This document shows positions 19,644-30,413 of a stretch of 52,946 nucleotides of DNA, one piece after another. Position numbers and translations under genes: made by a program. Source of the stretch: a virus (taxonomy: Duplodnaviria > Caudoviricetes). The DNA is taken from positions 1-52,946 of the IMG/VR virus record IMGVR_UViG_3300042465_001424. One strand, 5' to 3'. Numbering within the stretch: the first letter of the stretch is position 1; every line of letters begins with the position of its first letter. Below the pieces are notes generated by a model, which was not told where the DNA came from, did not search any database, and saw only the letters and a list, made by a program, of their open reading frames with translations.

Positions 19644-20861
19644 ATGTCATTCCCAAACAATGGTTTAATCACCGAAACAAATAGACAGTATTACGCAGGG
19701 TCTCAAGGGTTTCAAGCCGATGGAGTTACGGCCTCATTTACTTTTACTTTTGATACCGATTTAATTTTAGGTAATGCATTAGCATGGAACCCATCGACAC
19801 CTGAATATGCGCTAAACAATTTTAAATTATATATTAGCGTAGATGGTTTAATATATACTGAATACATTACCGCATATACTTTAAATAAAAATACAATAAC
19901 ATTCCCTTATGATATAGACCCAGGAGATGTTATAGTTGTACAATTAAAAAGTTTAGATGGCGGGATGTATGGCGATAAAGATGCATATGGCCTTACCGTA
20001 GAAGAAAACTATGGCAGTTATGCTTATATATCTTTAAACGATATTATAAATAATTTTTTAGTTGCTTACGTAGGATCTGGTAAATTAATAGCAGATGTTA
20101 AAAGAACAGATGTTATATTTCATGCAAAAAGAGGATTACAAGAGTTTAGTTATGATACATTAAAAAGTGTTAAGTCTCAAGAATTAACAATACCGCCAAG
20201 CTTAAGTTTAGCAATACCACAAGATTATGTTAACTATGTTAAAATGTCGTGGGTTGATAGTTCCGGAGTAAAACACATTATATACCCAACAACATTAACA
20301 AGTAATCCTACGCAATTACCTATACAGGATAATTTAGGTATACCAATTCAGAGTAACTTTGATGATAATATAGATGGCACATCATTAACTGATGAACGTT
20401 GGAAAACACAAAACAATGGAATAATTGTTAATAATCTTAATTTTATACAAGGTATAAATGGCGGTTATTCTTACGGAAACAATTATGGCAGATTTGGAGA
20501 ACGATATGGATTGGATCCTCAATATGCAAATGCTAATGGTAGTTTTACAATTAATGAAAGAGAAAACAAGTTTTCATTTAGCAGTGATCTTGTGGGCTCA
20601 TTGATTATATTAGAATATATATCTGACGGATTAGCTTATGATCTAGATACTAAGATACCTAAGATGGCAGAAGAGGCTATGTACTTACATATTTTATATA
20701 GTATACTTTCTACTAGAAGTAATGTGCAAGAATATATAGTTCAAAGATTTAAGCGTGAACGTTCCGCAATGTTACGGAATACAAAAATAAGATTATCTAA
20801 TATCAAGTTAGAAGAAATCACTCAGGTTATGAGAGGAAAATCTAAATGGATTAAACACTAA
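19644..20861 (+). CDS. Structural (tail ring-like) protein
   Basis: IPQDYVNYVK and LEYISDG motifs, in the tail module. Confidence 0.55.
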   Translation: MSFPNNGLITETNRQYYAGSQGFQADGVTASFTFTFDTDLILGNALAWNPSTPEYALNNFKLYISVDGLIYTEYITAYTLNKNTITFPYDIDPGDVIVVQLKSLDGGMYGDKDAYGLTVEENYGSYAYISLNDIINNFLVAYVGSGKLIADVKRTDVIFHAKRGLQEFSYDTLKSVKSQELTIPPSLSLAIPQDYVNYVKMSWVDSSGVKHIIYPTTLTSNPTQLPIQDNLGIPIQSNFDDNIDGTSLTDERWKTQNNGIIVNNLNFIQGINGGYSYGNNYGRFGERYGLDPQYANANGSFTINERENKFSFSSDLVGSLIILEYISDGLAYDLDTKIPKMAEEAMYLHILYSILSTRSNVQEYIVQRFKRERSAMLRNTKIRLSNIKLEEITQVMRGKSKWIKH

Positions 20862-20867
20862 AATTAA

Positions 20868-23800
20868 ATGGCAGAAGTAAAAAATAGTTTTTTATCGTCT
20901 AAAATGAATAAAGATTTAGACGATAGACTTATCCCTAATAGTGAATATAGAGATGCCTTAAATATAGAAGTAGGTAAATCTGAAACAAATAATATTGGGG
21001 TATTACAAAACGTATATGGGAATGTTAAGATTACATCGGAAACTAATCCAGATTTGGAATGTATCGGTACTTTTATGGATAATGAAAATAATCGTATATT
21101 CCAATTCTTAACGGACTATATTGATCAATTCCCTAATAATATTACATACCCTACATCGGGGACAATGAAAATAGTAGTATATGATTTTGACGATACTTCA
21201 GCATATATAACATTAGTAGATGGTTTATTTTTAAATTTTGCTAAAAACAAACAATTTAAAATAACAGGTGTAAATTTAGTTGAAGGATTATTATTTTGGA
21301 CTGATAATAGAAATCAACCTAGAAAAATAAATGTTAATTTAGCAAATCCTAATAATTTAACAATACCAACATATTATACGACTGAAGAACAAATTTCAGT
21401 TGCAAAATATGCTCCGGTAGATCCTATAACATTATATAGAAAAATAACTGCAACAGTAAATGACGCTAGTTTAAATCCTATTATAGTTTTAGAGGGGGAA
21501 ATTGCTATTGTTCCAGGAATGACAATAATATCAGAAAACATAACTGGAGCAGACTATATAATAGTTACAGATGTTACTATTGATACAATAGCGTCTACAA
21601 CTACAATAACATTATACGAAGCACCTACGGCTACTATAATAAATGGAGAAGAGTTAACCTTTTTAATATCAACTATGTCGGACAAATCAGATGTGCCTTC
21701 ATGGCCTGGTGATCCAGCCTTTTTAGAAGATAAATATGTTCGCTTTAGTTATCGTTTTAAATACGATGATAATGAGTATTCATTAATGGCTCCATTTACA
21801 CAAATAGCTTATATACCAAAACAAAAGGGCTATTTTATTGCGGGGGACGAAACCGATGCATATAGAAGTACTATTGTAAATTGGTTTGAAAACAATATAA
21901 ACAATATTGAATTAATAATACCATTTCCAGATAAAATAAACAATATACTTAATAGTTACAAAATACAAGAGATTGACATTTTATATAAAGAATCAGATTC
22001 TACCGCTATTAAAGTTTTTGAAACAATACCTATTTCTGCTATAAATATATCTAGTAATAATTATTATATACAACCATATCAATCTCAAAAACCATATAAA
22101 ACATTACCAGAAGACCAAACGGTAAGAGTATATGATAAAGTACCCGTTAGAGCAAAGGCGCAGGAGTCCGCTGGGAATAGAATAATTTATGGTAATTATT
22201 TTGATAAATATACTTGTTTATCTTCTATAAATTATAATATGTCGGTTCAAACTAAATCTTCCGTAGGAACTAATTTTATAGAATACCCAAATCATACATT
22301 AAAAAAGAATAGAAATTATCAGGTAGGATTTGTATTGGCTGATAAATTTGGAAGACAATCCCCGGTTATATTATCAACTGTGGATTTAACAAGTACAAAT
22401 ATTGGCGGTGGTAATTTTGCTAAAGGTTCTACAGTATATTCAGGCTATGAAGATACACTTTTGTTTACAGATGTACGATCTTGGTTTGGAGATGCCTTAA
22501 TATTATATTTAAACGCCCCGATAGATCAAGCAAGATCTATTCCAAGTGGTACGCCAGGTTTGTATGCAATAGCAACGTCAAATTCTGGTTTTGCAATTAC
22601 AGCGTCAACAATAACCGATACAATATATAAATATACTTTAGATACAACGGCTACATTAAATACGCCCCCAGCCAATGGTAATATAATGAGGGGCTTTTAT
22701 ACAGATTACGTTAAAGTTTTATCAAATCCAATACCTACAGTAAACCCTAATGAGTACACAATAACTACAAGTGGTAGAGTTGGTGATATATATAAATATG
22801 TGTCTCAAGCAGGAGGCATAAAAGATATTAAATTTGTTTACGAATACAATCCTATTGGTTGGTATTCATATAAAATAGTTGTAAAGCAACAAGAGCAAGA
22901 TTACTATAATGTATATTTGCCCGGTATGTTAAACGGGTATCCTAAAAGCCAAACCTCAGGGTCTCAAGTCGTATATTCAGGCAGTGGAGTTACTGCAACT
23001 TCAACATTAGAAAACGGTATAAATACCACGCAATTTCCAGTAAGTGAAACTGGTAATACATCTCATATTGTATTGATTAATGACAATATTAATAAAGTGC
23101 CTAGAGACTTATCTGAAGTTGGGCCGGATCAAAAACAATATAGAAGTAGCGTTCAATTATATGGGCGTGTTGAAAACGCAGAAGCAAATATTGAAATAAT
23201 AGGATTACCGCCTGCTTATTCAGCAAAAGTAAGAACTATAGAATATAGTACCACAACCGTTGGACAAGGGGATTTTTCATTAATAAAGCCAGGTGATGGT
23301 ATTCAATGTGTTGAGGCTAATACGCCCGCTCCTAATACAGTTTCCGGAACTACTACGGGTGGTACAATGCCTAACCTTTATAGATGGCTAGGTGATACAG
23401 TGGTAGTGTCTAATGTAATTGTAGGAACTATAGGAACTATAACAATATCTTCACCTAACTGGGTATTGCAAGCAGCACAAAATCCAATTCCATCCCCTCA
23501 GCCGGGGAGTGGTGATTATAGAACTTTTATAATTACTAGAGCAGAAAATAGACAATATTTTCCTACTAGGAAAGCAGATACTGTAATATCTATTGCGTCT
23601 GCGGATGAATTTAATTTTTTAGACAGTTCTGAAGATAATTTAAGCGGAACAGCAGGTTTAAATTTTTATCAATTACAAACGAAACCTCTAATAGGTAGAG
23701 TTTCCACCGTTAATAAAATAGGAGTAATTGCTGCTGATATGATACCGTTTTTAGGAGTATATGAAACAAGACCAGAACAGAGTTTATTAGAATTATTTTG

Positions 23801-26087
23801 GGAAACTGCTACAACAGGATTAATATCTGATTTAAACGCAGATGTACTAACTGGTTTTGATGGCCCTTCTAGTTTTGGAGAGTTTGTATATCGTCATTAT
23901 GAAGATCAAAATCCTTTAGGGACAGATTTAGACCCCGCTAATTACGGGGATCCTAATTCAAAATATATAACAAGTGAATTCTACGTATTAGATCAAACCG
24001 GATTTCCTTTGCCGAACACATCTGTTACTATATTATCTGTAAAAGATAACTCTGGGCCTCCTGGTTTAGACAGGTCTGCTGAGTTTGGTCTTGAAACAAT
24101 TATTGGACCGGTTAATAAATTTAAATTAAAAATTCTTTCTAGATTTGTATTTAATAACAATGCAGCTACCGCTGAAAGTTATACTTTTGTGTTTAATGTA
24201 ATAGACTTAGATGACCCTTCTACGGCGACCAAATTAACTATTAACGGCAGACTACGGAATATTGCGCCTGAGATAACAACTACAGAGACGCTTTATAATA
24301 TAACCCAAGATACAACAAGCATTGTAACTTTAGATGCTGTAAACGGAGCGTATTTTGACCCGTTAGGCCCGCCGCCTATTCCTCCAACAGGCGTAAAAAC
24401 AGGATTGTGGTGGACTATAGTTGGGGGTGATACACCTATACCGTCTTTTTATATAGATCCTATTTCAGGTGAATTAGAATTAAGAAACCCTAGCGTATCG
24501 CTTGGTATATATAATTTAGTTATAAAAGTACAGGACGCGGTTAATACTGGCACAGGCGCAATATTGCCGGTTGAAGGAACAGACTTTGGTACAAAATTCA
24601 ATATAAAAACATTTACAATAAATGTTGGAGACGATCCGGTTCCATTTTGGTTAAGACCTAATTACGCAAGTAATATTGTAACAAACCCAATACCTTGTAG
24701 TGGTCCGACTATAGCTCCTCCTGTTTATGGTATGGCTTATATAGGGCCTAATGCTGAAGTAAACTCCGATTATATGCCTGAAATTCCTTTTTCTGGTAAA
24801 ATATATCAATTTGTTGATAATATAGAGGTTAAAAACGCAACTGCTTCTAGCGAGCCATCAGCAATACCTTTAGGATTAAAGAAAGGTGAATATAGATTTA
24901 GCATAGAGTTACAAGTAGGAGCCCCTAGTATTTGCGGTGGATTAGGGTTTGCCACAATTAAAGCAGAAGGTGAAATATATTTATATAAAAGGATATACAC
25001 GCTTGATGGAACAAATCCATGGGTTTTAAGTGCTAATGAAAATAACTATGGAATAACACCCCCTATATATAGAATAGGACCCTTAGTTGTGTCCACTATA
25101 GATGATGGTAGTGGTGGAATAATTTTTGGTCAACCACAAACATTAACAACTTCTTTTACAGTAGAAGCAGACGAATCTATCTTCCCAGCCATTTATGAAT
25201 ATGCAGTAGGGGTTAAATTAATGCAGGAGCGCTCAAATGCTGATCTGGCAAACCCATGGCTTAGAATATATGGCAACGATGCGAATTACAGTTACAACCA
25301 AACATTGCCGTTTACTCCACCAAGACCGCCAATAACAACCGCCTACCCTTTTTATACTGGTATAGCGGAATACAGTATTAACCCTTTAATTCCAGGTGAA
25401 ACTTCTGCCGTTCCTTATACAACACAAGACGCAATACGTGGTACAGATTTTAATTCGCTTATAAACGACGTTAGTTCTGGTACAATATTGCCTTTAGACG
25501 AATCAGTTAAAATTATTTTAACCACAGCTAATGAACAAATTGTGCCAGGTCTGTTTTACACTTTTACTTCTTCAACTATTTCTACATTTAATGGATATGT
25601 TGCTGGAATAAATATTGATAACAATCCTAATAAAATTGCTTTACAATTATTATTCCCTTATAGTGGAAGCGTGCCTGGTGATTTAGCAGGTGGTAATATT
25701 AAGGTTGAAACAGTGCTTCAAACTGATCCTCCGTCGATAGGTGTATTATATGCAAACACAGTAGAAGGAACAGAGATAAAAAGACTGTATACAGATTCTG
25801 CGTTTACTCAAAAATGGATACCGCCTGTGGCAGATAGATTTTATAATTTCCAAACTATTAAAGATTATAACCCTGGCGATGTTACATTTGGTGGTATGAC
25901 ACCATTAAGATACAGTAAATATCCATATTATTGCGCTAAATTTAATGCGTACGGAGAAGTTATAGATCAAATAGCACCTATGCCAAACGTTCAAACATCT
26001 TGGGAGGGACAAAACCCAGAAAATTCAGGACTAATAGTTCCTGTTGAAAATTATAGTTACAACATGTATTATATATCCACACCGTAA
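20868..26087 (+). CDS. Tail stabilisation/muzzle-like protein (N-terminal part) with accessory domains
   Basis: N-terminal KMNKDLDDRL...YRDALNI and LLFWTDNRNQPRKIN as in crAss-like muzzle proteins. Cadherin-like segment near 24250-24620. Confidence 0.7.
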   Translation: MAEVKNSFLSSKMNKDLDDRLIPNSEYRDALNIEVGKSETNNIGVLQNVYGNVKITSETNPDLECIGTFMDNENNRIFQFLTDYIDQFPNNITYPTSGTMKIVVYDFDDTSAYITLVDGLFLNFAKNKQFKITGVNLVEGLLFWTDNRNQPRKINVNLANPNNLTIPTYYTTEEQISVAKYAPVDPITLYRKITATVNDASLNPIIVLEGEIAIVPGMTIISENITGADYIIVTDVTIDTIASTTTITLYEAPTATIINGEELTFLISTMSDKSDVPSWPGDPAFLEDKYVRFSYRFKYDDNEYSLMAPFTQIAYIPKQKGYFIAGDETDAYRSTIVNWFENNINNIELIIPFPDKINNILNSYKIQEIDILYKESDSTAIKVFETIPISAINISSNNYYIQPYQSQKPYKTLPEDQTVRVYDKVPVRAKAQESAGNRIIYGNYFDKYTCLSSINYNMSVQTKSSVGTNFIEYPNHTLKKNRNYQVGFVLADKFGRQSPVILSTVDLTSTNIGGGNFAKGSTVYSGYEDTLLFTDVRSWFGDALILYLNAPIDQARSIPSGTPGLYAIATSNSGFAITASTITDTIYKYTLDTTATLNTPPANGNIMRGFYTDYVKVLSNPIPTVNPNEYTITTSGRVGDIYKYVSQAGGIKDIKFVYEYNPIGWYSYKIVVKQQEQDYYNVYLPGMLNGYPKSQTSGSQVVYSGSGVTATSTLENGINTTQFPVSETGNTSHIVLINDNINKVPRDLSEVGPDQKQYRSSVQLYGRVENAEANIEIIGLPPAYSAKVRTIEYSTTTVGQGDFSLIKPGDGIQCVEANTPAPNTVSGTTTGGTMPNLYRWLGDTVVVSNVIVGTIGTITISSPNWVLQAAQNPIPSPQPGSGDYRTFIITRAENRQYFPTRKADTVISIASADEFNFLDSSEDNLSGTAGLNFYQLQTKPLIGRVSTVNKIGVIAADMIPFLGVYETRPEQSLLELFWETATTGLISDLNADVLTGFDGPSSFGEFVYRHYEDQNPLGTDLDPANYGDPNSKYITSEFYVLDQTGFPLPNTSVTILSVKDNSGPPGLDRSAEFGLETIIGPVNKFKLKILSRFVFNNNAATAESYTFVFNVIDLDDPSTATKLTINGRLRNIAPEITTTETLYNITQDTTSIVTLDAVNGAYFDPLGPPPIPPTGVKTGLWWTIVGGDTPIPSFYIDPISGELELRNPSVSLGIYNLVIKVQDAVNTGTGAILPVEGTDFGTKFNIKTFTINVGDDPVPFWLRPNYASNIVTNPIPCSGPTIAPPVYGMAYIGPNAEVNSDYMPEIPFSGKIYQFVDNIEVKNATASSEPSAIPLGLKKGEYRFSIELQVGAPSICGGLGFATIKAEGEIYLYKRIYTLDGTNPWVLSANENNYGITPPIYRIGPLVVSTIDDGSGGIIFGQPQTLTTSFTVEADESIFPAIYEYAVGVKLMQERSNADLANPWLRIYGNDANYSYNQTLPFTPPRPPITTAYPFYTGIAEYSINPLIPGETSAVPYTTQDAIRGTDFNSLINDVSSGTILPLDESVKIILTTANEQIVPGLFYTFTSSTISTFNGYVAGINIDNNPNKIALQLLFPYSGSVPGDLAGGNIKVETVLQTDPPSIGVLYANTVEGTEIKRLYTDSAFTQKWIPPVADRFYNFQTIKDYNPGDVTFGGMTPLRYSKYPYYCAKFNAYGEVIDQIAPMPNVQTSWEGQNPENSGLIVPVENYSYNMYYISTP

Positions 26088-26115
26088 AAGACTATAATTA
26101 AACTAAAAACATTAT

Positions 26116-26135
26116 AAAACAAGTGATTATAAAAT
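26116..26135 (+). promoter_or_regulatory. Candidate class B motif (AAGTGAT)
   Basis: AAAACAAGTGATTATAAAAT in the 48-bp gap. Confidence 0.3.
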
Positions 26136-27686
26136 ATGGCTGCAATATTAGAATTAAAATACTTTAACTCTTTTTGGTTAAAGAAACTCGATACAATAGT
26201 AGAGGTAGAAAATACTAAAGGTATTTTAGACGTTGCGGCTAGTGGTACAACTATAGTCTTGACTGAGGATAATGTAAACATAGGGGTAGGGCAAACTGTT
26301 TCTTGGGTTGTCCCCGCTCCGTTGCCAAATCCATTCCCAACAGTTTATAAAAAAATTAACGATCATGAATTTATATTAAGTGAATCAGTAACAATTGATG
26401 ATGCCACAGAATTATCATTCGGTCCAATACAAGATTTTACATACATACCTGCTGCATATGAACCGGGATTAACAGATTGGTATATAGAAGAAGCTAGAAT
26501 ACGCGGGGGATACAATAATACAAACGTAGATCTTGGTGTTAAAGCTTATATTGTTGAAGATAATATTAATCAGCAGCATAGAAAAAGTTCTTTAATATAT
26601 TCCGGAGTATTTAATTCTAGAACTGGAGTAAACAATACAAATCAATTTTCAGTTGGTGAAGATATAACTAGAAGTGTAGATCCATCTGTTGGATCAATAC
26701 AAAAATTATATGCTGAAGACACAAACTTAATTATATTCCAAGAAGCTAAAGTCAGTAGAGCATTGATTGATAAAGATGCAATTTATTCAGCGGAGGGTCA
26801 AGCGATGACTACTTCCGGCGCAATGGTTATTGGTCAAATTCAACAGTATGCTGGTAATTATGGTATAAGCACTAATCCGGAAAGCTTTGCTGTTTATGGG
26901 TATAGAAAATATTTTGTAGATAAAAACCAAGGTTCTGTATTAAGATTATCCCAAGATGGTATAACTGAAATATCAGCATATGGAATGTTAGATTACTTTA
27001 GAGATAATTTATCATCAATTGGTAGTTCTGGTAGTGTAGTTGGTGGATGGGATATGTATAACAAGCAATATGTTTTATCATTGCAACCGCCTAATACAGT
27101 GGAATATCAAACATTGTCATTTGATGAAGATTGTACAGGTTGGACAAGTAGATTTTCATTTAAACCGGATTTATCAGGAAGTTTAAGAAATAACTTTTAT
27201 ACTTTTAAACAAGGTAATATATGGAAACATTATGCTGATCCAGCTACAACCGGTATAAACTATTGCCAATTTTATGATAATCCAATACCATATGACGCAA
27301 CAGTTACTTTAATATTTAATCCTGAGGTTTCAATGTCTAAAAACTTTAATACATTGAATTACGAAGGATCCTCGGGATGGGCCTTAACAGAGTTGTATTC
27401 AAATTCTGATATAGCCACCCAAATCTTTAAATCATCAAATGCATTGACGTTAGCGGAAATAGAAAATCAATTGTTTACAAACAATTTCAAAAGAAAAGAA
27501 AACAAATATTTTGGTACTATTATAAATATAACCCCTCCAACATATGGTGAAGTTATTTATGGTAATTCAATGAATGGAATAAAAGGGTTTTACTCTACAG
27601 TTAAAATGGTGTTTGTAAATCCTTTAACGCCAACCGCTGCAGAATTATATTCTGTATCATCAAATTATGTAATGTCTTCATATTAA
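26136..27686 (+). CDS. Tail stabilisation/muzzle-like protein (C-terminal beta-propeller part)
   Basis: GSIQKL, YGISTNPESFA, YFVDK...VLRLSQDGITEIS, GWTSRFSF motifs. Confidence 0.65.
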   Translation: MAAILELKYFNSFWLKKLDTIVEVENTKGILDVAASGTTIVLTEDNVNIGVGQTVSWVVPAPLPNPFPTVYKKINDHEFILSESVTIDDATELSFGPIQDFTYIPAAYEPGLTDWYIEEARIRGGYNNTNVDLGVKAYIVEDNINQQHRKSSLIYSGVFNSRTGVNNTNQFSVGEDITRSVDPSVGSIQKLYAEDTNLIIFQEAKVSRALIDKDAIYSAEGQAMTTSGAMVIGQIQQYAGNYGISTNPESFAVYGYRKYFVDKNQGSVLRLSQDGITEISAYGMLDYFRDNLSSIGSSGSVVGGWDMYNKQYVLSLQPPNTVEYQTLSFDEDCTGWTSRFSFKPDLSGSLRNNFYTFKQGNIWKHYADPATTGINYCQFYDNPIPYDATVTLIFNPEVSMSKNFNTLNYEGSSGWALTELYSNSDIATQIFKSSNALTLAEIENQLFTNNFKRKENKYFGTIINITPPTYGEVIYGNSMNGIKGFYSTVKMVFVNPLTPTAAELYSVSSNYVMSSY

Positions 27687-27691
27687 ATTAA

Positions 27692-28162
27692 ATGGATAAA
27701 CTAGAGGTATACAAGGAGCATCGTATAATAAGCAAAGACTTTATTAATAAGGTTGAAACATTAGAAAACGCAATGCTTGCTAGTGACGATGTTAGAATCG
27801 CTAAAGGTAATTCCGATATGTTTCCATTAAAGCATTCATTTTCAGAAGGAGTATACATACGTGAAATGTTTATGCCACAAGGAGGATTAGTAATTGGTAA
27901 ATTATACAAAATATCACACACGTGGTTTTTGTTATCTGGGGAACTCGAGGTTGCAACAGATGAAGGAACTGAGTATTATATAGGCCCTTGTTACGTTAAC
28001 GCGCCAGAGGGGACAAAAAGGGTGTTACACGCGGTATCAGATGTAATATTTGTCAATGTATACCCTAATCCCGAAAATATAACAGATACAGATAAATTAG
28101 AGGAGATATTAACATGCTCCTCATATAAAGAATACGAAGAATATAAATTTTTAAAAGAATAG
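27692..28162 (+). CDS. Cupin-like (double-stranded beta-helix) protein
   Basis: HSFSEGVYIREMFMP...G...H...LSG...PEGTKR pattern. Confidence 0.6.
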   Translation: MDKLEVYKEHRIISKDFINKVETLENAMLASDDVRIAKGNSDMFPLKHSFSEGVYIREMFMPQGGLVIGKLYKISHTWFLLSGELEVATDEGTEYYIGPCYVNAPEGTKRVLHAVSDVIFVNVYPNPENITDTDKLEEILTCSSYKEYEEYKFLKE

Positions 28163-28165
28163 CCT

Positions 28166-28915
28166 ATGTCAATGGTAGTAGCCGGATGTATTGGAGCAGC
28201 CGGAAGTATAGTTAGTGGAATTATAGGAATGGGAGCTTCTAAATCAGCAGCAAGAGCAGCCGCGAGAGAAAAAGCAAGATTACAAAAACAATTAGATAGT
28301 TTGGAGAATAGTCGCCAAGCTGTTATAAACCCATATGCAGACTTCAAGGATATTAGTGGTTTAGCAACAAACCTATCTGGCATGATTTCTAATCCTTATG
28401 CAAACTTAGGTGTAGCTACTCAAGCATCAAAATTTGAAGCTGAGCAAATAGATATGTCTTTGGCAAATACATTAGATACATTAAAAGAAACCGGAGCAAG
28501 CGCTGGTGGAGCAACTGCTTTAGCTCAAGCGGCTTTAAAATCTAAACAAGGTATTTCTGCTAATATTGAACAACAAGAGGCTTCTAATGAAAAATTAAGA
28601 GCTCAAGGGGAGCAACAAATGGAGCAAATGCAAATGGCAGAGGCTCAAAGAATTCAAGGCATACAGTTATCTGAAGGCCAAAGAATGCAACAAGCTGGAG
28701 CCGCTGGTAAACAATTTATGTTTGGAGCTACGGAAAATAGAGAGCAACAAAAAATTGAAAGAGTTGCTGGTCAATTAGGCGGAGCCGCTGCTCAAGAGGG
28801 ACAAGCTAATACTAATTATATGGGAGCATTGACAGGCATGATAGGAGGGGTTACCTCTATGGCAAGTTCTTATATGGGAGCTAAAGGCACAGCCGCTTCT
28901 GGAAAAGTAGGATAA
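28166..28915 (+). CDS. Putative ejection/pilot protein
   Basis: G/A-rich hydrophobic termini and Q/A-rich coiled coil, typical of internal virion proteins. Confidence 0.6.
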   Translation: MSMVVAGCIGAAGSIVSGIIGMGASKSAARAAAREKARLQKQLDSLENSRQAVINPYADFKDISGLATNLSGMISNPYANLGVATQASKFEAEQIDMSLANTLDTLKETGASAGGATALAQAALKSKQGISANIEQQEASNEKLRAQGEQQMEQMQMAEAQRIQGIQLSEGQRMQQAGAAGKQFMFGATENREQQKIERVAGQLGGAAAQEGQANTNYMGALTGMIGGVTSMASSYMGAKGTAASGKVG

Positions 28916-28943
28916 ATAAGATCAAACATAATAAATATAATAT

Positions 28944-30395
28944 ATGAGTGCATATACAAATCCTGAAACATACATTGATACCCAATCCGCTCAACATTTG
29001 CAAAATCTACAGTCTACTATAGCTGGATCATTTGCAAAAGTAGCAGAGTCTTATGCGTCAAGGCAACAAATGTTAAAAAAAGAAAAAGAAGAAAATCAAA
29101 AAATATTGAAGGCTAACGATATGAAAGCCCAAGAATATTCGTTTTCTTTATATACTGATTTAGCAAAAACTGGGGAGGGAGATAAGTCTATTGATTGGGC
29201 AAAAACATTTAATCCATTAATAGAAGAATCTGTTACTTTACGTTCAGGTTTATTGAATGGGACATTACCGGATAAGCAGACAGCGGTAAAAAGGTTGGCG
29301 CAAATACAAGCGTCAGTTGACGGAGTAACTGGTAGCTTGGCTAATTTATCAGCAGCTGGCACTACATATAAAGATGCATTAGTTAAAGGGATAAGTGCTC
29401 AGGGTGGATTATCTTCTTGGAATGATCCTAAAGTTGCATCGGCATTAGATGTATTAACTCAGAGAGTGCCCGGGAATAAAGAACCATTTTTTAAAGATAA
29501 TGACCCATCAAAATTAATGTGGAGGGTTACGGATGACAAAGGAGGATTATTATATGAGTTCGATGCTTCCCAACTGGATAAAATATCTAAAGGACAGGGG
29601 TTAATAAAAACAATACCAAATCAAATAGAAGCATTTGATACTTTAAAGACTACTAATACTGGTATATTTGGAACTACGCAATCTAAAGTTGGTGGCAAAG
29701 AAGTAACAATACCTAATGGACAAGTTAATCCTGAGTTTTTAAAACCAGATCAAAAAGAAGTTGTTGTAATGCAAAGTGAAGGCAAGAAGATAACTAAGAT
29801 GGTTCAAGAAGTTGATTTAGATATGGTTCGTAGGGATGGTAATTTAAATACAACTTTACAAGCGCAGGCTGAAGGATTACTTGCTGATCAAACCTCTGCT
29901 ATAGATTTTTACAATGATATAATTAGTGATGATAAAGGATTATACAAAGGTACTGGTTTTAATTTTGATCCTAGACAGCCTTTAGACGATGCTGGTAAAA
30001 AGAAATTTATAGATGATTATAAAGAATATTTTATACAAACTCAAGTTACTAAAACGCAAGATGTAATTAAACCCGGCGAAGATACATTTACAACCACTTA
30101 TGAAACGCCAAAACCTAGCAAAGCAAAAGGAGCGGCGGGAGCAAAAGAAACGGCTGCACAAATTAGTCAAAAAACATTAGATCAAAAAGTTAAAGATCTT
30201 ATTAGCACAGGAAAAGGAGCTGTTATTGGTAAAGGCGGAAGAACGCTTACTAAATTAGATGGCAAATGGTCTGTAATAGGAAGTGATGGATTACCTGTCG
30301 CAGGTTCTGAAAATATAACAAATCCTACAGTATTAGCAACTTTCTTAGGAGGTAGTGCTAAAAAGAAGGCATCGAAAAAAGTTGAATTACCTTAA
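28944..30395 (+). CDS. Putative internal virion protein
   Basis: 483 aa, between the pilot-like and giant proteins. Confidence 0.5.
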   Translation: MSAYTNPETYIDTQSAQHLQNLQSTIAGSFAKVAESYASRQQMLKKEKEENQKILKANDMKAQEYSFSLYTDLAKTGEGDKSIDWAKTFNPLIEESVTLRSGLLNGTLPDKQTAVKRLAQIQASVDGVTGSLANLSAAGTTYKDALVKGISAQGGLSSWNDPKVASALDVLTQRVPGNKEPFFKDNDPSKLMWRVTDDKGGLLYEFDASQLDKISKGQGLIKTIPNQIEAFDTLKTTNTGIFGTTQSKVGGKEVTIPNGQVNPEFLKPDQKEVVVMQSEGKKITKMVQEVDLDMVRRDGNLNTTLQAQAEGLLADQTSAIDFYNDIISDDKGLYKGTGFNFDPRQPLDDAGKKKFIDDYKEYFIQTQVTKTQDVIKPGEDTFTTTYETPKPSKAKGAAGAKETAAQISQKTLDQKVKDLISTGKGAVIGKGGRTLTKLDGKWSVIGSDGLPVAGSENITNPTVLATFLGGSAKKKASKKVELP

Positions 30396-30413
30396 TTAAA
30401 AATATAATAAAAT

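Noticed and set aside
26085-26135. Stop-codon readthrough fusing the two in-frame muzzle ORFs
   Set aside because: The gap contains three more in-frame stops (TAA, TGA, TAA).
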